Assembly (NCBI GenBank): GCA_034520965.1 | Contig: JAXHMY010000002.1 | Location: forward strand, 288,001 to 352,000 | Origin: Spirochaetia bacterium | GTDB lineage: Bacteria > Spirochaetota > Spirochaetia > DSM-16054 > Sediminispirochaetaceae | Direction: 5' to 3' | DNA length: 64,000 bases | Shown here: positions 1-10,310 of the stretch, in pieces | Numbering within the stretch: the stretch's first letter is position 1 | How the letters are laid out: every line of letters begins with the position of its first letter | Notes under the pieces: model-generated | Seen by the model: the letters and a program-made list of their open reading frames with translations, nothing else | What the model was told of the DNA's origin: nothing | The model's database searches: none | Program-made: the position numbers and the translations under genes

Positions 1-740
1 ACGGTGCCGGAATCTACCCGCCGGCCTACTTCGACGTAGGTTGATTCATTGCCCCCGTAGGCGTAGATAAGCCCGTTAGCCGACTCTACCATGACCAGGG
101 TTCCATACCCGCGGTACGGGGCAACCCACACTACCTTGCCGCTGCTGACCGATACTACCTGGTCACCTCGTTTGCCGCTAATTTGAGTGCCCTGCAGTTT
201 ACCGTCGAGCTTGCTGCGGGTGCCCGCATGGGGCCAGAGCACCTCTTTTCCCTGAACAACATCACTGTAAGTGGGGGTTGAATTTGATGCTGGAGAGTTG
301 TCCGACTCTTCAGAACCGGTTTCATTAGAGAAGCTGCCCTCGCTGTTTGGTTCTTTCTGATCACTTGCATCCGCCATAGAGCTGTCGGAGGATGGAAGCT
401 GGATTACCTGCCCAATTTTGATAAGTGAATCCTTGTCAATATCGTTAAGATTGACCAACTCATCTACAGAAAAATCGTTACGCCGGGCGATACCGTAGAG
501 GGTATCCCCTTTTTCAATGATATAGGTGTTCGGCACTTTTATACGAGTACCCGCTTTTAAGGCCCGCGGGTTTACAATACCGTTTGCCTGAATCAGAGAT
601 TGGACGGAAACGTTGTATTCGCGGCCGATGCTGTAAAGGGTATCCCCCTTCTCAACCACGACTACCGTGTTATCAGCCCCGAGAGCTGCGAGTCCGCTCA
701 TTATTCCAATTATCCAAATCCACATAAGTTGCTTTATCAT
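1..740 (-). CDS. LysM-repeat / M23 peptidase-family protein (partial, runs off the window start)
   Basis: Manual translation from ATG at 740: MIKQLMWIW... signal peptide, two LysM repeats (VEKGDTLYSIGREYNVSV; IEKGDTLYGIARR), then M23-like segment (WPHAG...VSSGKVVWVAPYRGYGTLVMVES). Confidence 0.85.
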   Translation of the reverse strand, partial: MIKQLMWIWIIGIMSGLAALGADNTVVVVEKGDTLYSIGREYNVSVQSLIQANGIVNPRALKAGTRIKVPNTYIIEKGDTLYGIARRNDFSVDELVNLNDIDKDSLIKIGQVIQLPSSDSSMADASDQKEPNSEGSFSNETGSEESDNSPASNSTPTYSDVVQGKEVLWPHAGTRSKLDGKLQGTQISGKRGDQVVSVSSGKVVWVAPYRGYGTLVMVESANGLIYAYGGNESTYVEVGRRVDSGT

Positions 741-917
741 CTCGGTCTAATCTTCGGTTAAACCACCCATAAACTCAATACCCCCACGACTTTTATGTTG
801 TGCTTTTTGCCGCGCTTTCTTGCTGCACTTTCATGTGGAAATATTGCCATAAAGGGACACCTGAGATACAGTACCTAGTATGAAGATTGTTAAATCGATA
901 ATAATAGAGGAACATAT

Positions 918-3047
918 ATGCTCATAAAAAACATTAAGAAAGTCTTTTTCGGGATAGTCTTGTGTGGAGTTCTCCTGAGCCTGTCGGCCGAGGGAATCGC
1001 TGAAGCACAGAGTACTTTTGGTAGTAATTTTAAGAGCCGTCGACCACAGCTAAATGAGACACTGCCGCTGCAGAAGGTAGTGCTGTTTTCCAGCGGTGTG
1101 GGGTACTTTGAACATCGCGGTTTTGTAGAAGGAGATACCGCCCTTCATGTCACCTTCGGAACTGAGGAGATGGCGGATATTCTCAAAAGCCTGGTGCTGC
1201 AGGATTACGACGGAGGGGCGATTGATTCAGTGCAGTATCAACCGCCCGAGCCCCTGGAACGTAAGTTACGCGATTTTTCGTTTAACCTGGATTCCAATAC
1301 ATCCTTTTACGAGCTGTTGCGACAAGCCCGGGGCGAGCAGATTGAGGTGCAGATCGAAAGTTCTCAGTCTCTCACCGGCCGGATTGTAGCCCTCGAAACC
1401 CAGGACGGCGGCGTTACAGAACCCTCCCAAAGGCAGATGACCCTGTACAGTGAAGGCAGTATGACCAGAGTAGCCTTGGATGAGGTGGTAAAACTGCGCT
1501 TTTCCGACCCTCTGCTTCAGATGGAACTGCAGGAAATCCTTACGGTGCTGGCGGAGGCTCGGCGAAGCGAACAACGCAGTTTAACGCTTCATTTTTCCGG
1601 CGAAGGCCGCCGGGAGGTGATGGTTGGCTACATCCGGGAGATGCCGGTATGGAAGACAACCTACCGGCTGGTTCAGCAGGAACCGGAACTGCAGAAAGCG
1701 GAGCAGCAGGAACTGGAGCAGGATGAAAAGGCCCCCACCCTGCTGCAGGGCTGGGCAGTGGCCGAAAACACTAGCAATATGGATTGGGACGAGGTAGAGC
1801 TGCAGCTGGTGGCCGGGCGCCCTATCTCCTTCAAAATGGATATTTACTCCTCTCTGTATGTGACCCGGCCGGAGCTTCTGCCGCAAGTACACACAAGCGC
1901 CCGTCCGCCCCTGTATGAAGAGGGATACTCCGGTGGTCAATCCCAGGAACCGGCAGCCCGCAGGCTTTTGGCTCCCCAGCAGATGGGGACGATGGACTAC
2001 CCCATGGAAAAGAGCTCATCCGCGGAACTCCGCAGCCCCAGGAATGAAAACTTTTCCTCCGGAGTCGCAGCGGCTGCATCCGGAACCGAGCAAGGCGGGT
2101 TGTTTGCGTACACTATCGATAGGCCGGTAAGCCTGGCCGGGCATTCGAGTGCCCTGCTGCCGATCGTTCAGCAGCCGGTTGAAGCCGAAAAGCTGTCGGT
2201 ATATGGGGCGCAAAGCACACGACCTCTGAAAAGCCTCTATTTGAAAAACACCACCGGCCTGCACTTAATGGGAGGCCCGGTTACACTTTTTGAGTCAGGT
2301 ATGTATGCCGGCGATGCCCGGTTTGAAGATATACTACCCGATAACCGCCGTCTGATTAGTTACGCCGAAGACTTATCCGTCCAGGTTGTCCGGGAGCAGG
2401 ATCCGCTCCCGGAGCAGGTGGTTAACCTGAGTATCAAAAAGGGAGTATTCAGCTATGTGAACAAGCAGCGTCGAGCTACCGAATATCGCCTGATACAGCA
2501 CGGTACTGAAACCTCAAAAATATTGGTTCAACATCCGAAGCGTACCGGCTGGGAGCTTGTACAGCCTGCAGAAGCTGAGGAGGAAACGGCCTCTTATTAT
2601 CGCTTTATTCGGGAGTTGAAGGAGGATGAGGAATCACAGCTGCTGAAAGTGGTGGAGGAGTATCCTCAGGAGCGGACCGTGCAAATTCGGAATCTCGACA
2701 GCGGGCAAATTAGTTTTTACCTAAAGAATGTAAACATGTCGGGGGAACTGCGAAGGGTTCTCGGCCGCATTCAAACCCTTCAGCAGAGGATCAATCAACT
2801 GCAGCGCCAAAAAGCCGATGTACAGTCCAAAATCGATTCAATCTACCGGGCACAGGAGCGTATCCGCAACAACATGGAACAGCTCGACCGAGATTCCGAA
2901 TTGTACCGTGAGTATGCGGCCCGACTCGGACGCCAGGAAGTAGAGCTTGATGCACTCGAAGCAAGACTCGACACACACAGCACACAGGTTCGTAGCACTG
3001 AAAATGAATTAGACAATTTTCTGAGCAATCTAGAGATCGAATCATGA
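918..3047 (+). CDS. DUF4139-type secreted protein
   Basis: 709 aa, signal peptide, 'LPLQKVVLFSSGVGYFEH', 'WAVAENTSNMDW', 'LMGGPVTLFE' motifs, C-terminal coiled coil. Confidence 0.7.
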   Translation: MLIKNIKKVFFGIVLCGVLLSLSAEGIAEAQSTFGSNFKSRRPQLNETLPLQKVVLFSSGVGYFEHRGFVEGDTALHVTFGTEEMADILKSLVLQDYDGGAIDSVQYQPPEPLERKLRDFSFNLDSNTSFYELLRQARGEQIEVQIESSQSLTGRIVALETQDGGVTEPSQRQMTLYSEGSMTRVALDEVVKLRFSDPLLQMELQEILTVLAEARRSEQRSLTLHFSGEGRREVMVGYIREMPVWKTTYRLVQQEPELQKAEQQELEQDEKAPTLLQGWAVAENTSNMDWDEVELQLVAGRPISFKMDIYSSLYVTRPELLPQVHTSARPPLYEEGYSGGQSQEPAARRLLAPQQMGTMDYPMEKSSSAELRSPRNENFSSGVAAAASGTEQGGLFAYTIDRPVSLAGHSSALLPIVQQPVEAEKLSVYGAQSTRPLKSLYLKNTTGLHLMGGPVTLFESGMYAGDARFEDILPDNRRLISYAEDLSVQVVREQDPLPEQVVNLSIKKGVFSYVNKQRRATEYRLIQHGTETSKILVQHPKRTGWELVQPAEAEEETASYYRFIRELKEDEESQLLKVVEEYPQERTVQIRNLDSGQISFYLKNVNMSGELRRVLGRIQTLQQRINQLQRQKADVQSKIDSIYRAQERIRNNMEQLDRDSELYREYAARLGRQEVELDALEARLDTHSTQVRSTENELDNFLSNLEIES

Positions 3048-4981
3048 GGAGATGGTTTAATCGCTTACGTCTTCGATCAAAGCGAACATCCTTCACGTCC
3101 AACCTTGAATACCTGGGTGAAGACTTTATACAGCGGGTTACCAAAGCGGCACGGAAAGAAACCTGGGGCCGCACGGTTATTCAGCTGGCCTGGACTGCCG
3201 GCCCGGTTACCTATTTGGCCCTGCAAGGGGGCTATCTGCTTGGCTACGGCCAGAGCGCTCCTTCCAACCTGTTTATATACTTTGCCATTTACACCATAAT
3301 CGCCGGTGTATTTGCAATTTTAATGCGCTTCCTCTATCAACTTACCCGGGGCCAAGAATTGGAGAGAGCAGAGGCGGCTTTGAGCCAAGCTCTGGTGCGA
3401 CTGCCGGACCTGATATTCTTTGCCAGAAACCAAACACTGCTCTATTACGATAAGGAGAATCGGACCCTTCTCGCGGCCAAGTACCTGCTTGAGAACCCCG
3501 ATGCCTTTACGGAGACCGTAGGGGCTGCGGTGCAGGACGTGACCGGCGATGCGGTATTGGCCCATGCAGCCCAAAGAATCGAAATTTTTCGTAAAAACGG
3601 TTTGTATGCCCGTATTGAGGATGAACGAGTTCATATAGCCGATCGTCTTTCCAAAGCACTCGAGCAGGTGAAGCCCGCCTCCTCCACAGTCGCAGAACTG
3701 CTGCACCAACGCTTTACCGGTCGACCTCCAAGTAAGCAATCCGGCCGTATTCGCACTGAAGGCTTTATCGGCCGTGTGCTGGCCGCCGGGGAAGAACACT
3801 ATTTTGATACCATGACCCTTAATGATGCCGAAGAGGTATTTACCATCGCCTATGAACTATTGGCCGGACGAAACATACCGGTGTTCTCCCTGCATTATAT
3901 CGGTTCAAAAGAATTTACTGAAACTTCTGAGAATTTTGACCGCGCCAGACTTGCCTTCCGCAAAGAAGCCTACCTTCGCAACAGCAGATTAAGGACTTTA
4001 GCGGAGCTGTTTGCAGAATCGGACCCGGTTGATATTGTACCGGCCGCCGCCCCGGTGTTTACCACTGTGGAACGTATGTACGCCAATATTCTGCGGGCAC
4101 TCGACCAGCTCTACAAGGAGCTTAAAAAACAGACCAGCCATATGCCATTTCAACGCCGCAAACGTCATAGCAGTCAAGAGCTGCGGAGTAAGTTTGAACA
4201 ACTCCACACTGCAATAGAGCTGCATCGCTCACTACGAGCTGCCAATAATCAGCTGCACAAACGCTATGCCGCTCTGGTCCGAAGCGAGAAAAAATACAAT
4301 GAAGTCAAAGCCAACTCTGCCAAGCAGTTTCCCCTTCAGCTGGTAAAGCGCAGGGAACACAAAAGGGGCATAGAAATTGTGGAAAAACACATTGAACTTT
4401 CTAGGAGCAGCAAATTACGCTGTGCACGACAAGTGCAAAAACGTATCCACACTCTTGACCAAACCCCTCACCCCAAGCCTGAGGCTTATAAACAACTGGC
4501 CATCGATATTGCAATGACCCTGGAAAGGGACCTGAAAATCAGCCGCTTTGAAATACAATATGCAATCGAAAGCTCCAACGCGCCCTACCTCTCATCGATT
4601 GAACCCGATATGACCGCCGCCACCAAGGCCGGCATCGCAGTAGCTCTGGTGCATGAAGTTCAGAAGAATATAAGCACTCCGATTCAGCGGCTTGCCCATG
4701 TACTGGTTAATTATCATGGGATGCCGCTTAATCAGGACTCAATTGATTATTTAGTGGAACGCTACGGGGCAGACCCTAATCGCCTGGCGCAACTGCTGCC
4801 CGATCAGGAGAGCGCAGCATTCGGGTCTGAGCACGGTACGGAGGAATCAACCGAAGCGATACCGGATGGGGCTTTACAGCCAAGCGCAGCATCCCGGCCG
4901 CCGCATCTTCTTGAAATCAATCGGCTTGATAAAAAATATCAGGAACTTATAGATTACGCAGTCAGGATGCACATTCTTTAG
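3044..4981 (+). CDS. Hypothetical membrane-anchored protein
   Basis: 645 aa ORF overlapping the upstream stop (ATGA); two N-terminal hydrophobic helices followed by a helical body. Confidence 0.6.
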   Translation: MRRWFNRLRLRSKRTSFTSNLEYLGEDFIQRVTKAARKETWGRTVIQLAWTAGPVTYLALQGGYLLGYGQSAPSNLFIYFAIYTIIAGVFAILMRFLYQLTRGQELERAEAALSQALVRLPDLIFFARNQTLLYYDKENRTLLAAKYLLENPDAFTETVGAAVQDVTGDAVLAHAAQRIEIFRKNGLYARIEDERVHIADRLSKALEQVKPASSTVAELLHQRFTGRPPSKQSGRIRTEGFIGRVLAAGEEHYFDTMTLNDAEEVFTIAYELLAGRNIPVFSLHYIGSKEFTETSENFDRARLAFRKEAYLRNSRLRTLAELFAESDPVDIVPAAAPVFTTVERMYANILRALDQLYKELKKQTSHMPFQRRKRHSSQELRSKFEQLHTAIELHRSLRAANNQLHKRYAALVRSEKKYNEVKANSAKQFPLQLVKRREHKRGIEIVEKHIELSRSSKLRCARQVQKRIHTLDQTPHPKPEAYKQLAIDIAMTLERDLKISRFEIQYAIESSNAPYLSSIEPDMTAATKAGIAVALVHEVQKNISTPIQRLAHVLVNYHGMPLNQDSIDYLVERYGADPNRLAQLLPDQESAAFGSEHGTEESTEAIPDGALQPSAASRPPHLLEINRLDKKYQELIDYAVRMHIL

Positions 4982-5731
4982 TTCTCCGCTTTTCCCTGGT
5001 TTTTAACGGCATCCATTGCCTTACGTACCCGCTCTTCATCGCCCAGATAGTATGAGTTAATCGGCGTTAAGTCTTCATCGTTCAATTCATACACCAAGGG
5101 CAGGCCCGTAGGAATATTGAGGTCGGGAATTTCTTCATCGGAGATTCCGTCTATATATTTTACCAGTGCCCGCAAGCTGTTTCCGTGGGCTGCAATGACC
5201 ACTTTTTTCCCCGACTTAAGTGCCGGAACAATAGTATCAAACCAATACGGCATAAAACGCTCGACGGTGTCCTTAAGACACTCGGTATGGGGTAATACCC
5301 CTTTATCCATCTGTGTGTACTGCTTTTCATTCAGCGGAAAACGTGAATCACTCTCCTCGAGCCTGGGAGGGGCTATGTCGTAGCTTCTGCGCCAAATGTG
5401 CACCTGCTCTCTCTCCTTCACGTTCGGCCGTTGCGGCCTTATTTAAGCCCTGCAGTGCTCCGTAATGGCGCTCGTTGAGACGCCAATGCTTTCGCACAGG
5501 AATCCATTGCAAATCGAGCTCCTCAAGCACGATGTTCAGCGTACGTATTGCCCGTTTCAGCACTGAAGTAAAAGCAATATCAAAGGTAAAACCCTTCTCC
5601 TTCAGCACCTTCCCCGCTTCATGGGCTTCGTGAACACCTCTTTCGGACAGGTCGACATCGGTCCACCCTGTAAATTTGTTCTCTTTATTCCAGACACTTT
5701 CTCCGTGTCGCAGCAGCACCAGCTTTATCAT
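4978..5731 (-). CDS. gpmA: 2,3-bisphosphoglycerate-dependent phosphoglycerate mutase, split by a frameshift near 5410
   Basis: [23 protein letters not shown]...[14 protein letters not shown] in one frame; [10 protein letters not shown]...[10 protein letters not shown]...LNIPTG in the next; break lies in a CT repeat. Confidence 0.92.
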
Positions 5732-5777
5732 AAACTTACTCCTTTCCATTTTAAGATATAAAGACTAGGAACCGCAG

Positions 5778-6804
5778 TCAAATGGTGGGGGATATCTCCG
5801 TTATTTTCACCGGCCGGTGCTCGGCTAACGATTTTTTCGCAGCAAGCCCCATAACTGCCGGGTATTTCCCATCTTTTCCGGAAACAGGGGATGGGGTATC
5901 TTCTTTCACACAGCGTATGAATTGGGTGACCTCTTCAATATAGGAATCGACATAACGCTCCATAAAAAAATTGAGCGGTAAATCCTCCGACACGTGCTCC
6001 GGGCCGCTCAGCTGTACACGGTTTGGCGTATTGTTGTCGCTCCGGGCCATTCCTCGACTGCCGAAGACCTCCGCCCGCTGGTCATAGCCGTACACCGCCC
6101 GACGGCTGTTGTCGATGGAACCTATCACCCCGTTTTTGAAGGTAAGAGTTACCAGAGCTGTATCAACATCACCTGCTTCTCCAATCTCAGGATTCGACCT
6201 TCACCGAACCAAGCGCATACACCTCCTCCACTTCATCACCAATAAGGAAGCGTGCCATATCAAAATCGTGAATCATCATATCCAGAAATATTCCGCCGGA
6301 TACCTTCACATACTCTATCGGCGGAGGAGCAGGATCCCGGCTCGTAATTTTAAGTATGTGGGGTTCTCCCAGCTCGCCGGCAGCAATCAGGTCTCGGATG
6401 CGGCGGTAATTGGAATCGAAACGACGGTTGAAACCTATTTGCAGCTTAACCCCGCTTTTCTGAACCTCTTCAAGCGCTCGGTCAATTTGGTCCAGATCCA
6501 GGGCGATAGGTTTCTCACAAAAAGTGTGCTTCCCTGACCGGGCCGCCTCTTCCATAATCGCTGCATGGGTATCGGTGCTTGAGCAGATAAACACCATATC
6601 AATTAGGGGATCCTCTAGTATTTTGTGGTAGTCGCTGTAGTACTCCAGTATTCCGAGTTCTTCAGCACACTCTTCAGCGGCCTTCACGATCACATCTGAA
6701 ACAGCCTTTACCTGTATATTGGCTATTCGCGTATTAAGATGACGGGCATGAAGGCGTCCTATCCGTCCCGCTCCAATTATGCCGGCATTCAATTTTCCTT
6801 CCAT
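5778..6804 (-). CDS. iolG: Inositol 2-dehydrogenase (Gfo/Idh/MocA), frameshift near 6190
   Basis: GAGRIG, CEKPI, GFNRRFD, SRDP..PP, DMMIHDFD, then NSRRAVYGYDQRAEVFGS and FFMERY. Confidence 0.85.
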
Positions 6805-6805
6805 C

Positions 6806-7624
6806 TTAATGCTCCTTGCTTTCCCATATTTTTTTTATCATGTCCATTGCCAGTTCACTGTCTTCAGTCAAGCCCGCCTTCAAATTACCCTCCAGCGCAA
6901 AGCCTCCCGAATAGCCCAAGGAACTGAGATGCTGTAAAATTTTACTAAAGTCCATAGCCCCGTATCCGGGAAAGTAGCGGTTGTTATCGGAGAGGTGCAC
7001 ATTGTTGTAATATTTTGAGTATTTCTTCATCGATGCGAACATATCCTGTTCTTCAATATTCATGTGGAAGGTATCCGGGAGAATTTTCAGATAAGGACTC
7101 TTGCGAGGTTCAACCAGCCCCACCGCATCCTCTAAACTATTGGCGATTGAAGATTCGTAGCGGTTCGTGGCCTCCACCACCAAAGGTATTTTTGCATTCT
7201 CTGCGGCAGTCAATAATTCATCCAGGGAACGCCCAAACTGACTTTGGGCAATCCCAGGATACTCGACTTTCGGTCCTTTGAAAAAACCAAGAATAATTCC
7301 TACTTCACTTCCCGATAGAAATTCAATGACCTGCTGCAACTTGCGAACACTGCGCAGGCGCACTTCTTCATCCTTGTCGGAAAGGGAGAGACCATAGGTT
7401 TTTGCGGTGAGGCCGGAGGCAAAACTGGTTAGTTTTAGGTGATATCTTTCTAAAAATCGTACTATCCGTTCTAATGGTTCAGTGCCGGGATGAGCAATGT
7501 TCAGCTCCAGCCCATAGAAACCCAGTTGCTCCAGTTTTTCCAAGGCCTGTTGAAAGCTTTTGTCGGAGTCGAAATTGTCGGGGAGTGTCGTTTGCACGGA
7601 TAACCGTAATGCCGGATTGTTCAT
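6806..7624 (-). CDS. Sugar phosphate isomerase/epimerase, probable 5-keto-L-gluconate epimerase (IolO-like)
   Basis: TIM-barrel motifs EATNRYE, DTFHMNIEE, HLSDNNRYFPG; lies in the iol cluster. Confidence 0.7.
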   Translation of the reverse strand: MNNPALRLSVQTTLPDNFDSDKSFQQALEKLEQLGFYGLELNIAHPGTEPLERIVRFLERYHLKLTSFASGLTAKTYGLSLSDKDEEVRLRSVRKLQQVIEFLSGSEVGIILGFFKGPKVEYPGIAQSQFGRSLDELLTAAENAKIPLVVEATNRYESSIANSLEDAVGLVEPRKSPYLKILPDTFHMNIEEQDMFASMKKYSKYYNNVHLSDNNRYFPGYGAMDFSKILQHLSSLGYSGGFALEGNLKAGLTEDSELAMDMIKKIWESKEH

Positions 7625-7672
7625 ACTTTACCTCCTGCTTATTTTTGAAAGTACCTGAACCATATATTTATC

Positions 7673-7684
7673 GTAAACGTTTAC
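7673..7684. promoter_or_regulatory. LacI-type operator upstream of iolO-iolG
   Basis: Perfect palindrome GTAAACGTTTAC with the central CG typical of LacI-family sites. Confidence 0.75.
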
Positions 7685-7853
7685 AGTTAAGTATGAAATG
7701 GAACTAATAATTTGTAAAGACTTTTCTAGTATTTGCACCTATTTGCAGTTATCTTTACCACCGAAAACGACCTTTCTTCTCTGGTGCTTACTTTTAGCGA
7801 AATAAAGCTGTGTTATGATGATTTATTTTACTGTAATTTTTAGCTGTTGATTT

Positions 7854-7994
7854 CAGGAATTCTAATTTTGGAAGTCTTTTGACTTCCAAAATTAAATAAC
7901 CTCAAACCCTTTAAGCTAAGTTAATTATCTTAAACAAAATGTGAGCATTCTAAATTTAAAAATTTTTTTAAAATTTTCAAATTTAGAATTGCTG
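7854..7994 (+). mobile_element. MITE copy 1 (141 bp)
   Basis: CAGGAATTCTAA...TTAGAATTGCTG ends; flanked by TGTTGATTT at 7845-7853 and 7995-8003; homologous to 15982-16123 and 54045-54186. Confidence 0.9.
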
Positions 7995-8011
7995 TGTTGA
8001 TTTCTTTTAGC

Positions 8012-8040
8012 TTGCGTATTTCGTAAACGTTTGCTATTAT
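8012..8040 (+). promoter_or_regulatory. sigma70-like promoter of the lacI-type gene with an embedded operator
   Basis: TTGCGT-17 nt-TATTAT; GTAAACGTTTGC (8023-8034) sits in the spacer. Confidence 0.65.
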
Positions 8041-8050
8041 TTTTGGTAAG

Positions 8051-9062
8051 ATGAACGCAACAATAAAGGATATAGCCAGTAAGGCCGAGGTTTCCTACGC
8101 TACGGTATCCAGGGCTTTGAACAATAAATACGGGGTAAACCCCGAAACCCGCAGCCGTATTCTGCAGATTGCAAAGGATTTGAACTACAGCCCGAATGCT
8201 ATTGCCCGCGGACTTGTAAGCAGCCGCAGCTACACATTAGGTCTTGTACTTCCGGATGTAACAAACCCCTACTTTCCAGCTGTAGCCGCCGGTATTGAAG
8301 CCTATTCGCAGGAGCGGGGCTACAGTGTGTTTCTCTGCAATACCAACTGGGAACGCCAGCGCGAGGATAACTATATTCAGTTGCTGGCAGAGAGACGTGC
8401 TGACGGAGTGATAATTGCTCCGGTGGGCGGAAGTATCAAAAAAGAACTGCAGAGCCTGCTGCCGACTGTATTTGTAAGCAACGCTCCCCGGCGAGACCGT
8501 ACACAGTTCTGTGGTCATCGACAACATCCGCGGTGGGTATCTGGCAACCAAGCATCTTATAGAATGCGGCTACAAAACAATAGGATTTATTGGTGTTTCG
8601 GAACACGGTATGGCGGATAACGACCGGTTAGAAGGTTATCGTCTAGCTTTTAATCGCTATGGCCTTGAACCGGAGGCCCGGTACATCAAGTTTGGTGATT
8701 TTCGGCAGCAAACCGGCTACAATATTATCCGTACTCTTATTGCGGACGGTGATTATCCGGAAGCACTTTTTGCCGAAAACGATGTGCTGGCTATCGGCAT
8801 TCTCCACGGCATCAAAGACAGTGGGCTCAGGGTTCCGGAAGATATTGCGTTGATCGGTTTTGACGATATTGCCTTCTCTTCCTACCAGGAGTTTCAGCTG
8901 AGCACCATTAATCAACCGAAGGAGCAAATGGGAAGAACTGCCGCAGAAATTCTTATTGAAGAAATTGAAAACAGCGAAAACCCACCGGCACCTCGAAGAG
9001 TAATCCTTGAACCGGAGCTTATTATCAGACGCAGCAGCTGCCGTGAGCAGTCTTTTACATAG
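8051..9062 (+). CDS. LacI-family transcriptional regulator, frameshift near 8490
   Basis: ATIKDIA..AEVSYATVSRALN HTH; C-terminal half DNIRGG...VPEDIALIGFDD...LSTINQP. Confidence 0.9.
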
Positions 9063-9083
9063 ATTAATAACAGGAGGTGCCTT

Positions 9084-10286
9084 ATGGGCGAAAAAATGAA
9101 AGCGGTCCGGCTGTATGCGGACTGGGAACCCAAAGCCGATTTTAAACTAGGCTGGAAAGATGTCGAGTACACACAAACTTACCTCGGCAGTAAGGTGTGG
9201 CGGAACCCGCGACTGGAAATAGAAGAAGTAGATGTCCCTACTCCAGGTCCGGAGGAGGTTCTTATTGAAGTAAAGCAAGTAGGGATCTGCGGCAGCGATG
9301 TCCATATGGCACAATCCGACGACGACGGGTATATCTGGTATCCCGGCCTCACAGGCTTTCCTGCTACCCTTGGGCATGAACTGTCGGGAATAGTACGCTC
9401 GGCGGGTCCCGGAGCCTTCGACAAGAACACGAACCAGCCCTTTAAAGGCGGTGAGTGGGTCTGTGCCGAAGAGATGCTGTGGTGCGGTAAATGCAAGCCC
9501 TGCGCCGACGGCTACCCAAACCACTGTGAACGACTTGACGAAATCGGGTTCAACATCGATGGCGCCTTTGCCAAGTATATTGTTGTACCTGCTAAAGTTC
9601 TCTGGAGTCTTGATCCTCTTAAGGATAAATACAGCGAAGAAGATGTATTCCGGTTGGGAAGCATGGTCGAGCCCACTAGTGTAGCATACAACGCAGTGAT
9701 CGAACGCGGTGGGGGTATTCGTCCCGGCGACAACGTAGTTATCTGCGGAAGCGGACCAATCGGAATTGCGGCAATTGCCATTCTGAAACGGGCCGGCGCT
9801 GCAAAGGTCATACTCTCCGAACCAGAACCTGCGCGAGCAGAGTTAGGCAAGAAGATGGGTGCAGATTTTGTGGTAGATCCTCTAAAAGAGAATTTCGCAG
9901 AAAGGGTTCTGGAGCTCACCAACGGAATGGGTGCATCACTCTTTCTGGAAGCCACCGGTCTGCCGACCCAGGTATATCCGGGAATTGAGCAGGTCATCTG
10001 GGAGGGGAGAACCCTCAATAGTACCATTGTTGTGGTAGCCCGGGCGGATGCAAAGATGCCGGTTACCGGCGAAGTACTGCAGGTACGACGCGCCCGAATT
10101 GTAGGAGCTCAAGGCCACTCCGGTCATGGCACCTTTCCCAGAGTAATCGATGCTATGGCAAGTGGAATGAATATGCTGCCGATGATGACCAAGGAAATTT
10201 CCCTAGATGAGGTTCCTGAGCATATAGTGGCTCTGCGCACCGACCGCACAGAGACTAAAATAAGCTGTAAGAATCCCGGTGCTTAA
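9084..10286 (+). CDS. iolM: Zn-dependent dehydrogenase, scyllo-inosose 3-dehydrogenase type
   Basis: CGSDVH, GHE, CGKCKPC..C motifs; N-terminal GSKVWRNP and C-terminal GAQGHSGHGTFPRVI as recalled for the Thermotoga IolM family. Confidence 0.8.
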   Translation: MGEKMKAVRLYADWEPKADFKLGWKDVEYTQTYLGSKVWRNPRLEIEEVDVPTPGPEEVLIEVKQVGICGSDVHMAQSDDDGYIWYPGLTGFPATLGHELSGIVRSAGPGAFDKNTNQPFKGGEWVCAEEMLWCGKCKPCADGYPNHCERLDEIGFNIDGAFAKYIVVPAKVLWSLDPLKDKYSEEDVFRLGSMVEPTSVAYNAVIERGGGIRPGDNVVICGSGPIGIAAIAILKRAGAAKVILSEPEPARAELGKKMGADFVVDPLKENFAERVLELTNGMGASLFLEATGLPTQVYPGIEQVIWEGRTLNSTIVVVARADAKMPVTGEVLQVRRARIVGAQGHSGHGTFPRVIDAMASGMNMLPMMTKEISLDEVPEHIVALRTDRTETKISCKNPGA

Positions 10287-10310
10287 ACACGTTAAATAAG
10301 GAGATGAAAC

